A stretch of 59,478 bases of DNA, filler included, from Sphacelaria rigidula (GCA_964200075.2; 10 parts of 10 records of this genome joined end to end with filler, not necessarily neighbours in it), one strand, 5' to 3'. Numbered from the whole stretch's first letter, positions 25,831 to 37,616 are shown. The notes: a model not told the origin generated them from the letters alone. Program-made: numbers and translations.

Positions 25831-26122
25831 TTTGATGACGAAAAATCAGATACGCCTGCTGGGGGAAAACCCGTGGTATTACAGTACTGTATATGCTGGG
25901 ACTCAAACCCTCGACTTCGCCCCTAAACCATTTGTACAATGTACTAAGTTGGACCGCCAGAACACGACGATACAATGCTAGTACACGTACCGCAAGTCGA
26001 AGTCAAAGCAAATTGCTCGGATTTTCATGTTTGTGGGCTACGCGCTTCTGCGTCAATATCGAGCGTTATCATCAACAAAGTAACCCCCCCCCACACACAC
26101 TGCCCCCAAACAGAACACATAC

Positions 26123-26670
26123 CTCCGCCAACCCCGACTCCAGTCCCGGTCCCAGCCCCAGCCCCACCTCCACTTCCACCTCCACCTCCACCTCCACCAG
26201 CACCTTCCTCTGCCCGCTGCAGCAACACCCTCGCGGCCCCACCTCTCCCGCTGCCGCTCCCACCACCGCCGCCACCCCCGGCGCTCCCAACACCACTCCC
26301 TCCACTCTCTCCGTCGACAACCGGCGGTACGCGCGGAATCGGCGGCAACGGCGGCGTCATCGTCTGCGGCGGTACCGCTGGTGGCGCCGCCGCCGGTTGA
26401 TGCACGGCCCCTTGACCAGCCGCGTCAGTTGCCGCCGCCTGTGTTGTGTGCGACGGCGTCCCCGCTATCGTAGGCGCAGCGCCGGCAGTCGTCCCCGCTG
26501 GGGCGGCGGGTGGTGGTAGCGGTGTCAAGTCCGGCAGCGGTTCTCTGACGCCCTCACCGAGACTTACACCGGAGCCGAAGCCGGAGCGTACCCCGCCCGC
26601 CCAAGTCGGGGACAGGAGGAGCCCGGCGGCGTCCACGCCCGAGTGTGAGTAGGTCCGCCCTCGATTTCCC
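26123..26670 (-). CDS. TOR: TOR kinase exon: long Gly/Pro/Ala low-complexity insertion
   Basis: ACGACAG| acceptor (phase 2), open frame GNRGRTYSHSGVDAAG…GVGVGG, strong donor GAG|GTATGT; phase matches the preceding exon. Confidence 0.65.
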
Positions 26671-27056
26671 CTGTCGTGTTATTACGAATTTTTAATATTT
26701 GTGTTTGCATTTGTTTTGGCTTCGGCAGTGTTGAAAAAAATGTATAAGAAGAAGAAAAAAGGGGAGAAGGAAGGCTGATTCGCAACGGAGGGGAAAGTCC
26801 AAATCGGATGTACGCTTCGACAAGCAAGGAACACAGCGAGAGTTTCGGGGGCTGTCTGTCTGTTTGTCTTCCCTCCTTTTCTCCACCTCTCTTGGCGAAG
26901 CGCATCTACTACTCAACTGCGAAAAAGAAGTTCAGCGACAAGTAAACAAACACGGAGCAATGACCTCCGTGGTATATACAAACATATGCAGAAAAACAAA
27001 CACGATACCCGTACGTCTATCTCCCCGTCGCCCCGCCCCTTCCTCGGTTTTCCTAC

Positions 27057-27265
27057 TCGTTTTCTCGCCTATCGCCGTCACGACCGCCGCCCCCTCCGCT
27101 CGCGAGCCCCTTGTCTCCGCCGATGCCCGGGCCCGCGCGCCAGCGCAGTGCGGCGGCGGCGCGCGCCCCTCTGCCCTCCCCAGCGGGCTCCGACGCTCGT
27201 TTGAGACTGTACAGACGTAGCTTTACAGGGTCCAGCACTCCCAGGAGGCCCATGGTTTTGAGCAC
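27057..27265 (-). CDS. TOR: TOR kinase exon (HEAT region)
   Basis: TTGCAG|VLKTMGLLGVLDPVK matches TOR (R)VLGLLGALDP; donor either GA|GTAGGA (27057) or AG|GCGAGA (27069), both phase 2. Confidence 0.85.
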
Positions 27266-28008
27266 CTGCAATGTATTCGTGTGTCATAACTCATGTGTGT
27301 TATACTCCATGGGTGTTATACTCCATGGGTGTCATACTTGACGTTCGTGCGCGTGCGTGCGCGCGCGTGTGTGTACTCGAACACACTAGTTCAACAGATC
27401 GTTGACGTTAAATGCATTCCGGAAGACTCAATGTCCATTCTTCTCTACAGGTGCAGACCTTCTGCTGGTAGCATCATACTCCTACTCGTGGTAGATAAGA
27501 GTCATGTTCCGAAACGAACATCATCTACACCCAACACCTTAAATTACACAAAGACACGACCCTGGCTGCGACGGTCCTTTTTGGAACACTATCCAACCTA
27601 CCTCTACGATACGCATAACCCCCCGGCCCCCGAATATCAGTAATGATACTGACCAACAAAACGTGACACGATTAAAGAATAACTGGAGAAGCAAAAGCTA
27701 GGGGGAGGGGCTGCACTAGGATGCACAATAGCACTAAAAAACAAGTACTATTTTTTCTACGCCATATGCATGTGTGCGGAAAAAAAAAAGACGGAAGCCA
27801 CACTCCTCCTGTGCAGACAGCTTGTGGCCATTTTGAAGGTTCCTAGAAGAGCCAAGGCTTCACACCATGTACAGCCGATGAAAGTCGAACAACGAATCAT
27901 AGAAAATTCTACAAGCGTTACGACATGCACCGTCAATTCAACGTTCCCAGTACGAGCACTCGTCCTATTTTTAGCATCATTTCTTGGTTGCCCAAAGCAT
28001 GAGCTCAC

Positions 28009-28131
28009 CTCAAGGCGTAGTCCATTGTAGCTCGTCTTACCGCCCCCCCTCTGGAGCGCTCCTATCATGCTGTCCAGCAGCCTGGGGTGACTGAAGTAGG
28101 GACCAACCACGGCCCCCGTTGCGCCGACCAC
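28009..28131 (-). CDS. TOR: TOR kinase exon (HEAT region)
   Basis: VVGATGAVVGPYFSHPRLLDSMIGAL…LRLE matches TOR LVxSTGYVVxPYxxYPxLL…RRE; CAG| acceptor, GAG|GTGAGC donor, 41 codons. Confidence 0.9.
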
Positions 28132-28610
28132 CTGGACGTACGTGGGTCCACACATAAAAAGAAGGAATCCACGAGTGAACAAGGAAGCCGGAGCAAGAGG
28201 CGTGGAAATTATAAAAAGAAAAAGAAAAGAAAAAATCAATTCGGATGTTGGGTGACGGGTCAGGCCCACTCACCGCCGTTGCACCCCGGTAGTGAAAAAT
28301 AAAATGATACCAACACACCAATCGCCAAGTGAGGACGGGATGTGGAGGTCTTCCACTTTGACTCCTGACATATAATACGGCCTTTTTCAAGCATGAATGT
28401 GGTGTCCCGAGTTGCAAGCATGAGCACGCGTAGCAGCAGCGGAAGGGAACTCAGAAGAGAGTCGATGCCAGTGTGGGCGTACTGATTCCAGTTGACATGC
28501 CCTCTTGGCCGGCGCTTGAAAAACCACGGAAAAATCGGCAGAGCCAATAAATATACAGTAATATGTATTACGACAACCATATCAGGTCCCATCGATACAA
28601 ACGACAACCC

Positions 28611-28972
28611 TTTGGTAACGTCGAAACCTTCCCACGGTTGGGTCGTGGATTCGAATCTCGGTGCAGTCAGTCTCACCAACTGGGATTTTTCTTAACACCG
28701 CGCCTAACACAGTGGGGAGTGACCATGTAGTGGGCACACCAAAATTCGATTTCACGGTCGACGAGGGGAAGGGACTGACTGCTGAACCCCCTCTCGCGAT
28801 GAAAAAGAAGAAGGCAAGCACAGCAGGAGGAATGAAGACGAAGTACTAAAACAAAATAAAAAAAAGGAAAAATTTGTGTTGGCCTCCCTCCTGTGTGACC
28901 CGAGCTGATGCGCCCACATATGCTGGAAGGTGTAAACTGGCGTCCAGAATAGATGACATGACAACACACACG
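28611..28972 (+). mobile_element. SINE family D copy (in TOR intron)
   Basis: Partial tRNA head; body ACGGTCGACGAGGG.AAGGGACTG; tail GGCGTCCA.AATAGA…ACAACACACAC. Confidence 0.8.
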
Positions 28973-29019
28973 TATACATGGGTGAACCCAAACGAGAGTT
29001 GCCAAAGTACATGAACTAG

Positions 29020-29280
29020 TAGTCCGACCGACACCCCTACGCTGGAGAGAACGTGGGTTCGACTCCCAGGAGATGTGCTGGAAGCTTGTTCTTCGGAATA
29101 TCTAATTTCCACCGTTGAAAGCGTGAGATCTTGATTACACGAAAAGCAGTTGACTGAGTTTTGTTGAAAAAGCGTTGACGCGGTGCGCGATTGCTGACCC
29201 AATAATCCGCGAGGCCAGAATGCAAGGAGTGTACCGAGTGAGGGGTTCCGTGTGTGAAGAAAAAAAAACGAACGAAAAAA
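29020..29280 (+). mobile_element. SINE family C copy (in TOR intron)
   Basis: GGAGAGAACGTGGGTTCGACTCC B box; GTTGACGCGGTGCG…AATCCGCGAG body. Confidence 0.7.
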
Positions 29281-29377
29281 ACGTGTGTGTATATATATGT
29301 GTATGTGTATTCTCTGTGAAGGAAACTTCAGCAGCACAAATTAAAATGAAATAAAAACGATACCCTGTCAAACGCAC

Positions 29378-29497
29378 CTGGCCGAGGGTTTTGACCGCGG
29401 CTTCTTGCGTAATGAGGCTAGTGTGGTCTTGTAGAGCGCGCACGATGGCTGGCAGCAGCACGTCATCCAGCACGGGAAGCACGTCTCGAGGGCTCAC
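29378..29497 (-). CDS. TOR: TOR kinase exon (HEAT region)
   Basis: VSPRDVLPVLDDVLLPAIVRALQDHTSLITQEAAVKTLGQ matches TOR LQDxSSxxKRxxALxTLGQ; CAG| acceptor, CAG|GTGCGT donor, 40 codons. Confidence 0.9.
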
Positions 29498-29690
29498 CTG
29501 TCACAGCAAAAAAAAAAAAAGAGATGAGAAATCTTTGTTTTTGACTGCTACAATAGTATGAGATATTGTGTAGTGACTACTACGTTGTGACTGTAAAACA
29601 ACGATAAAGCAGAGATGGAAAGAGAGGGGAAAAAAAAGAGAAGAAAAAAAAAAGATAAGGGGGGAGGAAAAAAAAAAAACATAAAGATGA

Positions 29691-29790
29691 NNNNNNNNNN
29701 NNNNNNNNNNNNNNNNNNNNNNNNNNNNNNNNNNTTAATTAATTAANNNNNNNNNNNNNNNNNNNNNNNNNNNNNNNNNNNNNNNNNNNN
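29691..29790. other. Artificial contig linker
   Basis: Same structure. Confidence 0.98.
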
Positions 29791-29863
29791 CCTTTTTTGA
29801 AAAGATTGACGACTACTCCTTCTCTCCACCTCTTGGGCGTGTACTCGTTCTCCCAGATCCAGT
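29791..29863 (-). mobile_element. Non-LTR (LINE) reverse transcriptase fragment, cut by contig end
   Basis: WIWENEYTPKRWREGVVVNLFKK fits the LINE RT N-terminal PxxWxxxxVxxLxKK(G) motif. Confidence 0.7.
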
Positions 29864-30042
29864 CACGGGGGGAGGGGGAATCAGGAAGTTTCAGCAAAAT
29901 CAGGGCAAATCCTATATCTTCCTCAGTAATTGATGAAAACAATGACAACACTCCGGCACATACGGGCACTAGCGTGAACCACATCCTTGTGAAGGTTCAG
30001 CCAAAAATACGTAATATTGGGCTTCGCATCGCACTTTTTGTG

Positions 30043-30123
30043 TGACCCCGGTGGTCAAACTGATACAACAGCCTCATATTACACAGGTCACGAGTTCGAA
30101 TCCCGACACGGCAAAAAAAAAAA
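30043..30123 (+). repeat. tRNA-like SINE head with A-rich end
   Basis: CCCCGGTGGTCAAACTG…GAGTTCGAATCCC…A-run. Confidence 0.5.
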
Positions 30124-30819
30124 TTGTGCACACTAATCGTGCATAATCTCTCGTACCTCTGGTTTGCAAAGGGTCTCGATATTTTGGTGACGGTCTTGCT
30201 TTTGGGGGGGCTATAGCGCAGTTTCAAGTAGTATGTCTCCCTCGTGTGGTGATATACGACAGTTGGCTCGGAGGTTCTCTCCCATTGTGGAGCTTATGAC
30301 GAGCTTGATGTCACCTTGCAGCACGACCAGTGTGCTCTTGCTCGGGCATGTCGGGTGTGCGTGTGCCTCTGCGGCGCAACGGTATATCGTAATTCCACCG
30401 CATTTTGTGAAACGAAACGTCTCCAGACAAGTTGTCACGTTGTCACGCAATGGCAAGAGGCGTACCCGGTACTCAATGCAGTGCAATAACATCATCGACA
30501 AAACTGCGCCAATCAAGCAACGGCGGTGCCGTGTGTTACCAGGTTAGTCTGCAGTTCACAGCGATATGCTCAAGTCGCCTGATTTGGGAAACTTGAGAAG
30601 TTGTAGTGCAGAGAGAGATTGTGGATTTACTGCCGGCCCAGCTCGTAAAACTTGGTACAGTATATATGATATTATGATGTGTTATCCCTCGCGTGTCCTC
30701 AGTGTCGAGGATTTTTTGTTTGTAATAGCATTTATTACGCAATGGCCCATTCTTACCTTTTCGAAACCGGCCATTTATTGTTGGACATCCGTACTGGCCA
30801 CTTATTTCCGAACAAAATG

Positions 30820-31068
30820 GACTCTTTCTACGATAGCCCCCCCCCCAAAAGTGCACGGTTTTGGGAAGCGAAATCTTCACGTACATCGAAATGGGAAAAG
30901 CCGAGGATAACGAGCAGCTGGGCATTCCCACGCTTGGGTTCGTTCTAGCCAATGTCGCCGGTATGAGGTGCTTCATCCAGCCTGAACCCAGACATCAGGC
31001 CCTGTATGGCCATTTTTTTCGTGACACTTTTGGGCTGGTTTGGGGGGGGGGCTATCGTAGAATGTGTC
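30820..31068. mobile_element. MITE family E: GAC…GTC termini, C/G-run TIRs, 4-bp TSD (AATG)
   Basis: AATG|GACTCTTTCTACGATAGCCCCCCCCCC … GGGGGGGGGGCTATCGTAGAATGTGTC|AATG; single ends also at ~5778 and 47665-47732. Confidence 0.85.
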
Positions 31069-31370
31069 AATGGTAGCTCGTATAGGTCGGTCACTTCCTT
31101 GACTACACGTGATGCGTCGCGAACTAACCGCGAGCAGGGATCGAGTCGTGTGCATATATTTGGCCAAGACGCGGGAAGATGTCTCGCTTCATCGTGGCAA
31201 CACGATGTGACTACAGGAAGTACAGTACGCTTCATCAAGCCACTGTACAAAAACGCGGTGGCACATCTACATACGTACGAAAAAAAGGGTGCGGAACACT
31301 GCTTCATCTCAGAAGCACCCGGACCTGGGCTCGTTAAGGAGGGTTATATTTTTTTTTCCGTAGCACTTAC

Positions 31371-31793
31371 CTCGTTGATTGCATCCAAGGCTGCAGCTCT
31401 GACACGAGCGTATGAGTCATCATCCACAATGCCGCCTTCCACATCATGGATCCCACCCGCCCTGCCTTCTTGTTGCGGGGACCCCAGCTCAGCGCCATGA
31501 AGAGCATCAACAGTATCGGCCCCGCCAGTATCAGCATCATCGCGCTCGACCACTGCGTCATTCTGTCCGTCCTCTTCTTCAACTGCATTGCTCGATGCGT
31601 CGAGGTCGGGCACCAGCGATGTATCCTCAGCTGGTGCTTCTCTCGGAATCGCCGCTGCGATGCCATCGGTGGCTACATCGGTATTTGGTGCCGTCATATT
31701 GCCACCCGTGACTCCTTTGACTGTAGTGCCCACAGTGTCCTGCACGGAACTCTCACTGTGAAGCATATCATCCGCATCATCGGTACCACTCAT
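31371..31793 (-). CDS. Possible first exon of an unknown protein with an acidic, disordered N-terminus
   Basis: ATG at 31793, 141 D/E/G/A-rich codons, perfect donor GAG|GTAAGT; no family recognised. Confidence 0.35.
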
Positions 31794-33594
31794 GTCTTCC
31801 CTTCTTGAATACGATACAAGGGCAGTGCGTTGTGTGATCTACGATTTATTTGTCGGAGTGGAGACGAATGGTTACGCCGCTAAAAACACGTCACCAAATC
31901 TTCATCAAACTTTGAGATGTTGTCAGCCCCACTCTGCCGAGGGCACAATTGGGGACGGAGGCGACTGAACGAAGATTGAGGGCATGCCTTGTCTACAAAC
32001 TTGTAGGAAGAGATAAGCGGAAACGACGGTAAGCAACAGACAACGACGGATGGTGGATGATGGATGACGGAGACTTATCTCCCATGAAAACCAGACAATA
32101 CCAGTTCAAAGAAGATGGCGTGTAAGACATTCTTGCCCACGAGCAAGGAAGAGATTCGTGCACAAACACATGGGGATGATGAAAGGGGGCGATTTACCAT
32201 AACGGAGAGACCGACAAGATATAGTGACTTGGGGATGTTCCCTTTGTTGCGTATTTATGTACGATACACACGTGCACAGGGAGGGTGCCTGCGTGCAACG
32301 ACAGCACCCTGGTACACCCATCCCTACGGACGGTACGGTACGGTACGGTACGGTGCAGGTACTCAGTACGCAGCAACATCGCAGGTCGAAGTCGCAACAC
32401 TAAATGGCTGGTATTCTGCGCACCTATGGCTGTTGTGTCAAATGCTAAAAATATGGGATGTGGTGTTATTGTGCCGTTATTGCTGGGTTGTGCTGGTGTA
32501 AGATACAGTACTACCCTACAACCTGTCGACAGCGTAGAAACTTCGAGGATCTTTCAAAGACCCGCCGCATTTTCGGAGACTGCCTCTTGTGTCATATTTG
32601 GCGATTATACGCTCACAATTGTAGACACGGGTGTTGTACTGCGCACAACTAAGTAGTCAATGAGTGGATCACACGACCATGCGCGTACGAGAATCTTGCT
32701 TCACAGGGGTCGGGAAGAAGCGACTGATGCCACGGTAGCCCACCCTCGGCCAGGAAAGTGGCTGGTTTGAGAAGGCAAAATCTACATGTATTGTAGTAAA
32801 TCAACATGACAAAAGCCCTGCACACCGAGCTGCTGGGAATCTCGGGCGTTTGCGATCGTTTCCCCCAATATCGCCCACGATATATTAGGCGCTTCATGCG
32901 GTCTGAAACCAGCGATCATGCGCTGTATGATCGATCACTTCGTTACAGGTTCCGGGCTGGTTGGGATGGGCGGGGGGGAGGGGGGGGGAGGGGGGTCGCG
33001 GCATCACTCAAGCGAGTGATTGCGTCCTGGGAAGCAGTATGCTCGGCGGAATGCCTTGGTCTTCAGTGTACCTTATTACACGCGGGGCCCGTTGTGTATC
33101 CGGCAAAAGATTAGTAATAAGGACAAAGGATTGCTCGAATATGCGATGATTCGCGACATAGCGAGGAGGGACAAGCAAAAAGTCTAGCCTCGTAGCAATC
33201 GATGAGGTGGTTTGTGGTTCTGTGCAATATGCCGCATGTGCGTGGCGGCCGACGTGCGTGCAGTGCGTTCCTAGGTATGAGTATAGACTAAATACTTTTT
33301 AGAAGCCATTACAACAAAAATATTCCTCGAAAGTTAACGCCTGGCTTGTTGTTCTCTTAACTTCGGCCGTGCAATGTATTTACTGCCCGAGGTCTTGAAA
33401 AAATTCCCGACATACTGTATTCCTTTCTGCCAGCAACATGTGGTCGAGAGTTTCGTGTGCGACGATATTCGATTGGAAACTGAAACAACTTCGAGACTGT
33501 TTTTTTGTTATTTCCCCGAAAAAAAAATGTGTGTCAACTTCTTACCCTACGATAAAAAGTCTCCCTGAAAAAGCCTACATTCAGCGCCGTTTTC

Positions 33595-33920
33595 GCCGGA
33601 ACACAGGCTCAGTGGGTTGTACCAGCTCTACAGCGAAGAGGATTCGATCGTACCTTCCCGATCTTTCGTGTGTGCTCAGTTCGGCTTTTGGCCGAACAAA
33701 TAACCTCTCAACTCCCCCAAGACGTTTTTCTCTGAGATAGATTTGTGTTCGTTGGGATAGTTCAACGGTTTTGGTGGGCTGTTTGATACATCGTGAGTCC
33801 GCCCAAGAGTCAAACTGGGCGCGCGAAAAGATCGGAAAAGTGTCCTAGAATCCTCTCGGAGAATAGAGCAAGTATTCCCCGAGGTGGTGCAATCCGCTAA
33901 GCCCCCGTATTCCCACGGCA
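33595..33920. repeat. Imperfect foldback element
   Basis: GAGGATTC…CCGATCTTT…CAGTT.G.CT.TTGG.CG versus the reverse complement at 33797-33855; outer arms also pair. Confidence 0.6.
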
Positions 33921-34339
33921 CTCGGTACTCAACCGCCAAAAAAGTTTTTTTTCGCTCGCAGCATAAGGAGCAGTCTTACTGTAAGTAGCACAGTAAATCG
34001 ATTCTCTAAAGCAATGCGTCCTCGTTTAATCAGCGCGATGAGTGTCTCTCATGTTGGGTGAACTATCCAGGAAGTCAGATAGTTTTACTCACAAAGGTTT
34101 CGCTGATAGAAAAATTGGATTTCCGACACTCTTTATGTAAGCGACACCCGGTCCCACCCCCCCTTCATGTGGGGGAAGGGCCGGCCGGGATGAGAGGACG
34201 ATATGTCATAGTGAACGTATACCACCTATTGTGATGATGGAGCAAGGAAAGCGAAAACGATATTGCTAAGAGGGAGCGCCATCACAAAGATGAAGCAACT
34301 CTATGAAGACACCATCTCGTGTGTGCACATTATTTGTAG

Positions 34340-35050
34340 GGCTTTTCACGGGACGCCGGGACGATCCCGACCGGACGAATTTTGTTTTCGGCTCCAAAGG
34401 CCACGAGATGGGACGGGACCGTCTTCCCGTCGCCGAAGAAATGATCGGAGGGGAATTTCCATCCCGCGCCATCCTCACGGAAACGTTCCCGGGAGATTTT
34501 CCCGTCTCACTCTCATGGGAATATGAGCGCAACCTGTCGAAATGTGCTTGAAAACGGTCTTGAAGAAGACATGATATATTCAGGTACAGCATAGATGCAA
34601 CATCCCACAACACCGGGCCAATCGGCTCAAAACAGCGAGAGGGAAGTGGTCCCGTCCCATCCCATAGCCTTCGGGAGGATGCAAACTTCAGCCCTGTTCG
34701 GTCCCGAAGTCCCGTGACATGCCCTAGTTTTGACGTGACCGTCCACCCGTTCACATGAATTGTGGGAGTGGGCTGTGGGGGAACCGGAGCCCGAGAGTGA
34801 AACTCATAGCCTCAAATCCCGCATGTGTAAAGACACGCTCAAGTTCCCATCGCACTGGACAAGAATAGTCGTTCCGTTTGGCGAGAAGTTCCGTCCAATC
34901 TGACGGGAATTCCCGCGGAAAATATCGGGAAGTTTCCCGTGACGACCAGACGGAACAGAACTGTTTCCCCTTCGCGAAAGCCCCGATTGGACGGGATAAG
35001 ACGGGAAGCCCCGCCCCGTGCGATATCCCGTGCGAGTTTTCCCCGGTGAC
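34340..35050. repeat. Unclassified repeat rich in GGGACGGG/CCCGTCCC motifs (probable DNA-TE derivative)
   Basis: Many dispersed TCCCG/CGGGA motifs in both orientations. Confidence 0.4.
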
Positions 35051-35648
35051 GAACCTCACTTATTTTTCTTTCACAACGTGCAGCCTTGGAGATGCGGGTG
35101 CAATAGCGAAAAAGTCGAGTAGATCGCCATGTGTTTTTCAGCACACCTGTGCGCGGTGCAAACTTTGCAAAACGAATAGATACATGACCCCGCGGCCACC
35201 TCAAGACAAACGTTCTCATCGGCTCCACACTATGAAAAAGAAAAGGAATGACGGTCAGCTTTTGCATTCCCATTTATCCTCAACACGCTCTGAAAACAGT
35301 ACCATCCGTGTAACGTGCCGCCGCCGCGCGTTCTCTTCGGCAGGCCGGTGGGAGTGAACGCGCTCACACGCGTCGATCTGTCACACCCCCATGGTGCATT
35401 GTATAGTCACACCCACAAGTAGAGCTCGGAGCAACACATTCTGGCAAGGCGTTGTTACTACTACAGCCGAAAACACGTTAGAATGTAGTCTTCTGTATAC
35501 AGTGTCGGAAACTGAAGATAAATTGACGACCATGAACAACCTCTGCCCAGATAATCCCCCCCCCCCCCCCCCCCCCCCCCCCGCACCCACAACCCCCGCC
35601 CCATGGATACGAAGAGGGAAAAGGGGGGGGTGGATGAGGAAGAAACGA

Positions 35649-35748
35649 NNNNNNNNNNNNNNNNNNNNNNNNNNNNNNNNNNNNNNNNNNNNTTAATTAA
35701 TTAANNNNNNNNNNNNNNNNNNNNNNNNNNNNNNNNNNNNNNNNNNNN
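35649..35748. other. Artificial contig linker
   Basis: Same structure. Confidence 0.98.
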
Positions 35749-36432
35749 GTGATACCAGAAAATGAAGCAACTTATCGGAGGCTGTCATCCAAATGCAAGA
35801 TAATCAGTAGGCTTCGGGTCGAACAATCTCAGCAGGATGCAGCTCACCCTTCATGCGACTATGCGACTCGCCGAGCACACCACGACGCTTCGCGCTTGGT
35901 GATTGATTGCGAGCCTGGTCCGGCGAAAACCCGGCGTGCTCCGTCCCAGCTTCGTTGAGATGCGACGTCAGTGGTCTTATGGCTACGGTATGCAACATCA
36001 TGAGTAGATCCTGGAAGGCTATGATCGTAGTGCGTAGTGTTAAGGTGGTGAGGCACCCATGAGGCAGTATATAACCCGCGCCTGTCTCCGGCGATACCTA
36101 AAATGAAGCAACTTATCGTAGGCTGCGCTCCCTTGTTCAAAGATACTGTAGTCGGTGCGCTTCAGGCCAAACAATATCAGGAAGATGTAGCTCACCCTCC
36201 ATGCGACTCGCCGAAGGAACCCCTTCACGACGCTATGCCCTTCGTGATTGATTGAGAGCCTTTTGATTGATTTTTTTATTGTGGCACTGTAGCTGACCCC
36301 CTGGGGATCCAGCCGGTGATCACATGATGGACGTAGCCTGGTCGGGCGACAACCCTGCGTGCTCCGTCCCGGCTTCGTAGGGATGTGAGGTCAACGGTGT
36401 CATGACTATACAGCATGCAACATCAGGAGTAC
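35749..36432. repeat. Two diverged ~340-bp tandem units
   Basis: GATACC..AAAATGAAGCAACTTATCG.AGGCTG at 35751 and 36093; GTGCTCCGTCCC.GCTTCGT; ATGCAACATCA.GAGTA. Confidence 0.75.
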
Positions 36433-36433
36433 C

Positions 36434-36465
<32 letters not shown>

Positions 36466-36607
36466 TTTACCCCCCCCTCGCGGGAAGGGGGTCCCCGGGG
36501 GGGGNNNNNNNNNNTGAGCAAGCTAGTCCTCACCAATAACCGCGCGAATCCAGATCGGCCCCCCCCCCCCCCCCCCCCCCTCTCATTATTATGTACATGC
36601 CATTCAG

Positions 36608-36796
36608 GTGAAGGGGTTGCTCGGGGAGCTGGCGCCAACGTGCGTGTTCTCCGCGTACCGACTGGTCGCTGTAACACCCAAGGAGGTCGGCGGGGTTGAG
36701 GGAGGCGGGGTGTGGGAAGGGAGTGGAGACGTGATGAGTGATTTTGCGGAGCTGAAGACGATTCCGGCGGTGGTGGCCCGTCCGGACAAAGTTGAG
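36608..36796 (+). CDS. CLU: Clustered-mitochondria (Clu/CLUH/TIF31) protein, CLU-N exon
   Basis: TTCAG|VKGLLGELAPTCVFSAYRL…VMSDFAELKTI…E|GTGGGA; matches CLU-N (..L…PxTC..xxxL…xxDFxEL). Confidence 0.75.
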
Positions 36797-36934
36797 GTGG
36801 GAAGAATTCACACATCGGACAGGTCATGATCTGTCTACAGCACCTATGATATTTTAATCGGAGAAGACCCTCGAACCCGTTTGTCCGTAAACACAAAATA
36901 TATGACCGCTGAGTCAGAAAAGCCCAAGTGCAAC

Positions 36935-37335
36935 CTTTCAAGGGTCGGACAAATAATGATTCGTCTGAAAATTACTTGGTTTTAGTATATTGAGTCGACT
37001 CGTCACGAATCAATCCCTAGGGTTTGTTTCAGCGCTGCAACCCAGGTGCACGCAGCCCAGACACGCCAAATGGCGCAAAATTTGCGTGGATACCCCTTGG
37101 ACCAGAGATCGACTTTCTTCTCCTTTTGGGGCAATCAGGCCGAAGAAATCGTGAATGTGGTGATTTTGAGTCGTGATGATTTGTCCTAACCGTGCGACCT
37201 TTGCGCTGCTCGGCGTGCTCGGGGGTCTGGCGCTGTAAGGAGCAACATGAGAAAGAGGGGACCAGATGATCCGGATCGGTATACTGAGAAGCAGTAATTT
37301 TCAGACGAATCATGATCTGTCCGATGTGTGGAAAG
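36935..37335. mobile_element. MITE family A, full ~400-bp copy with ~43-bp TIRs
   Basis: CTTTCAAGGGTCGGACAAATAATGATTCGTCTGAAAATTACT … AGTAATTTTCAGACGAATCATGATCTGTCCGATGTGTGGAAAG. Confidence 0.85.
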
Positions 37336-37394
37336 ATTCCGTTTGAGAGACTTGGTGCGAGATATATTATCCGGAGCTGGTCACACCGGGACAA

Positions 37395-37616
37395 CGGAGA
37401 GTTTCGGAAAACGCTTTTTTTGTCATTTCAGAGCGCAGGATAAAAAGAAAAACTCATGGGAAAAATAGTTCAGAAGTAGAAAAACTCATGAGAAAAATAG
37501 TTCAGAGATTACCACATTCGACGGAAGGGGAAATAATTTTCCCTCACACTCTGATCCAGAGATGTTTTACCTCTGAATTGGAAAAAAAAAAAAAAAACAG
37601 TTTCCGAAACTCTCTG
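37395..37616. mobile_element. ~220-bp MITE with TIRs and an internal 30-bp tandem duplication
   Basis: CGGAGAGTTTCGGAAA…TTTTTT versus AAAAAA…TTTCCGAAACTCTCTG; AGAAAAACTCATG.GAAAAATAGTTCAGA occurs twice. Confidence 0.7.

Noticed and set aside
25893..26519. Plus-strand Pro/Arg/Thr-rich ORFs
   Set aside because: Antisense shadows of the GC-rich TOR exon
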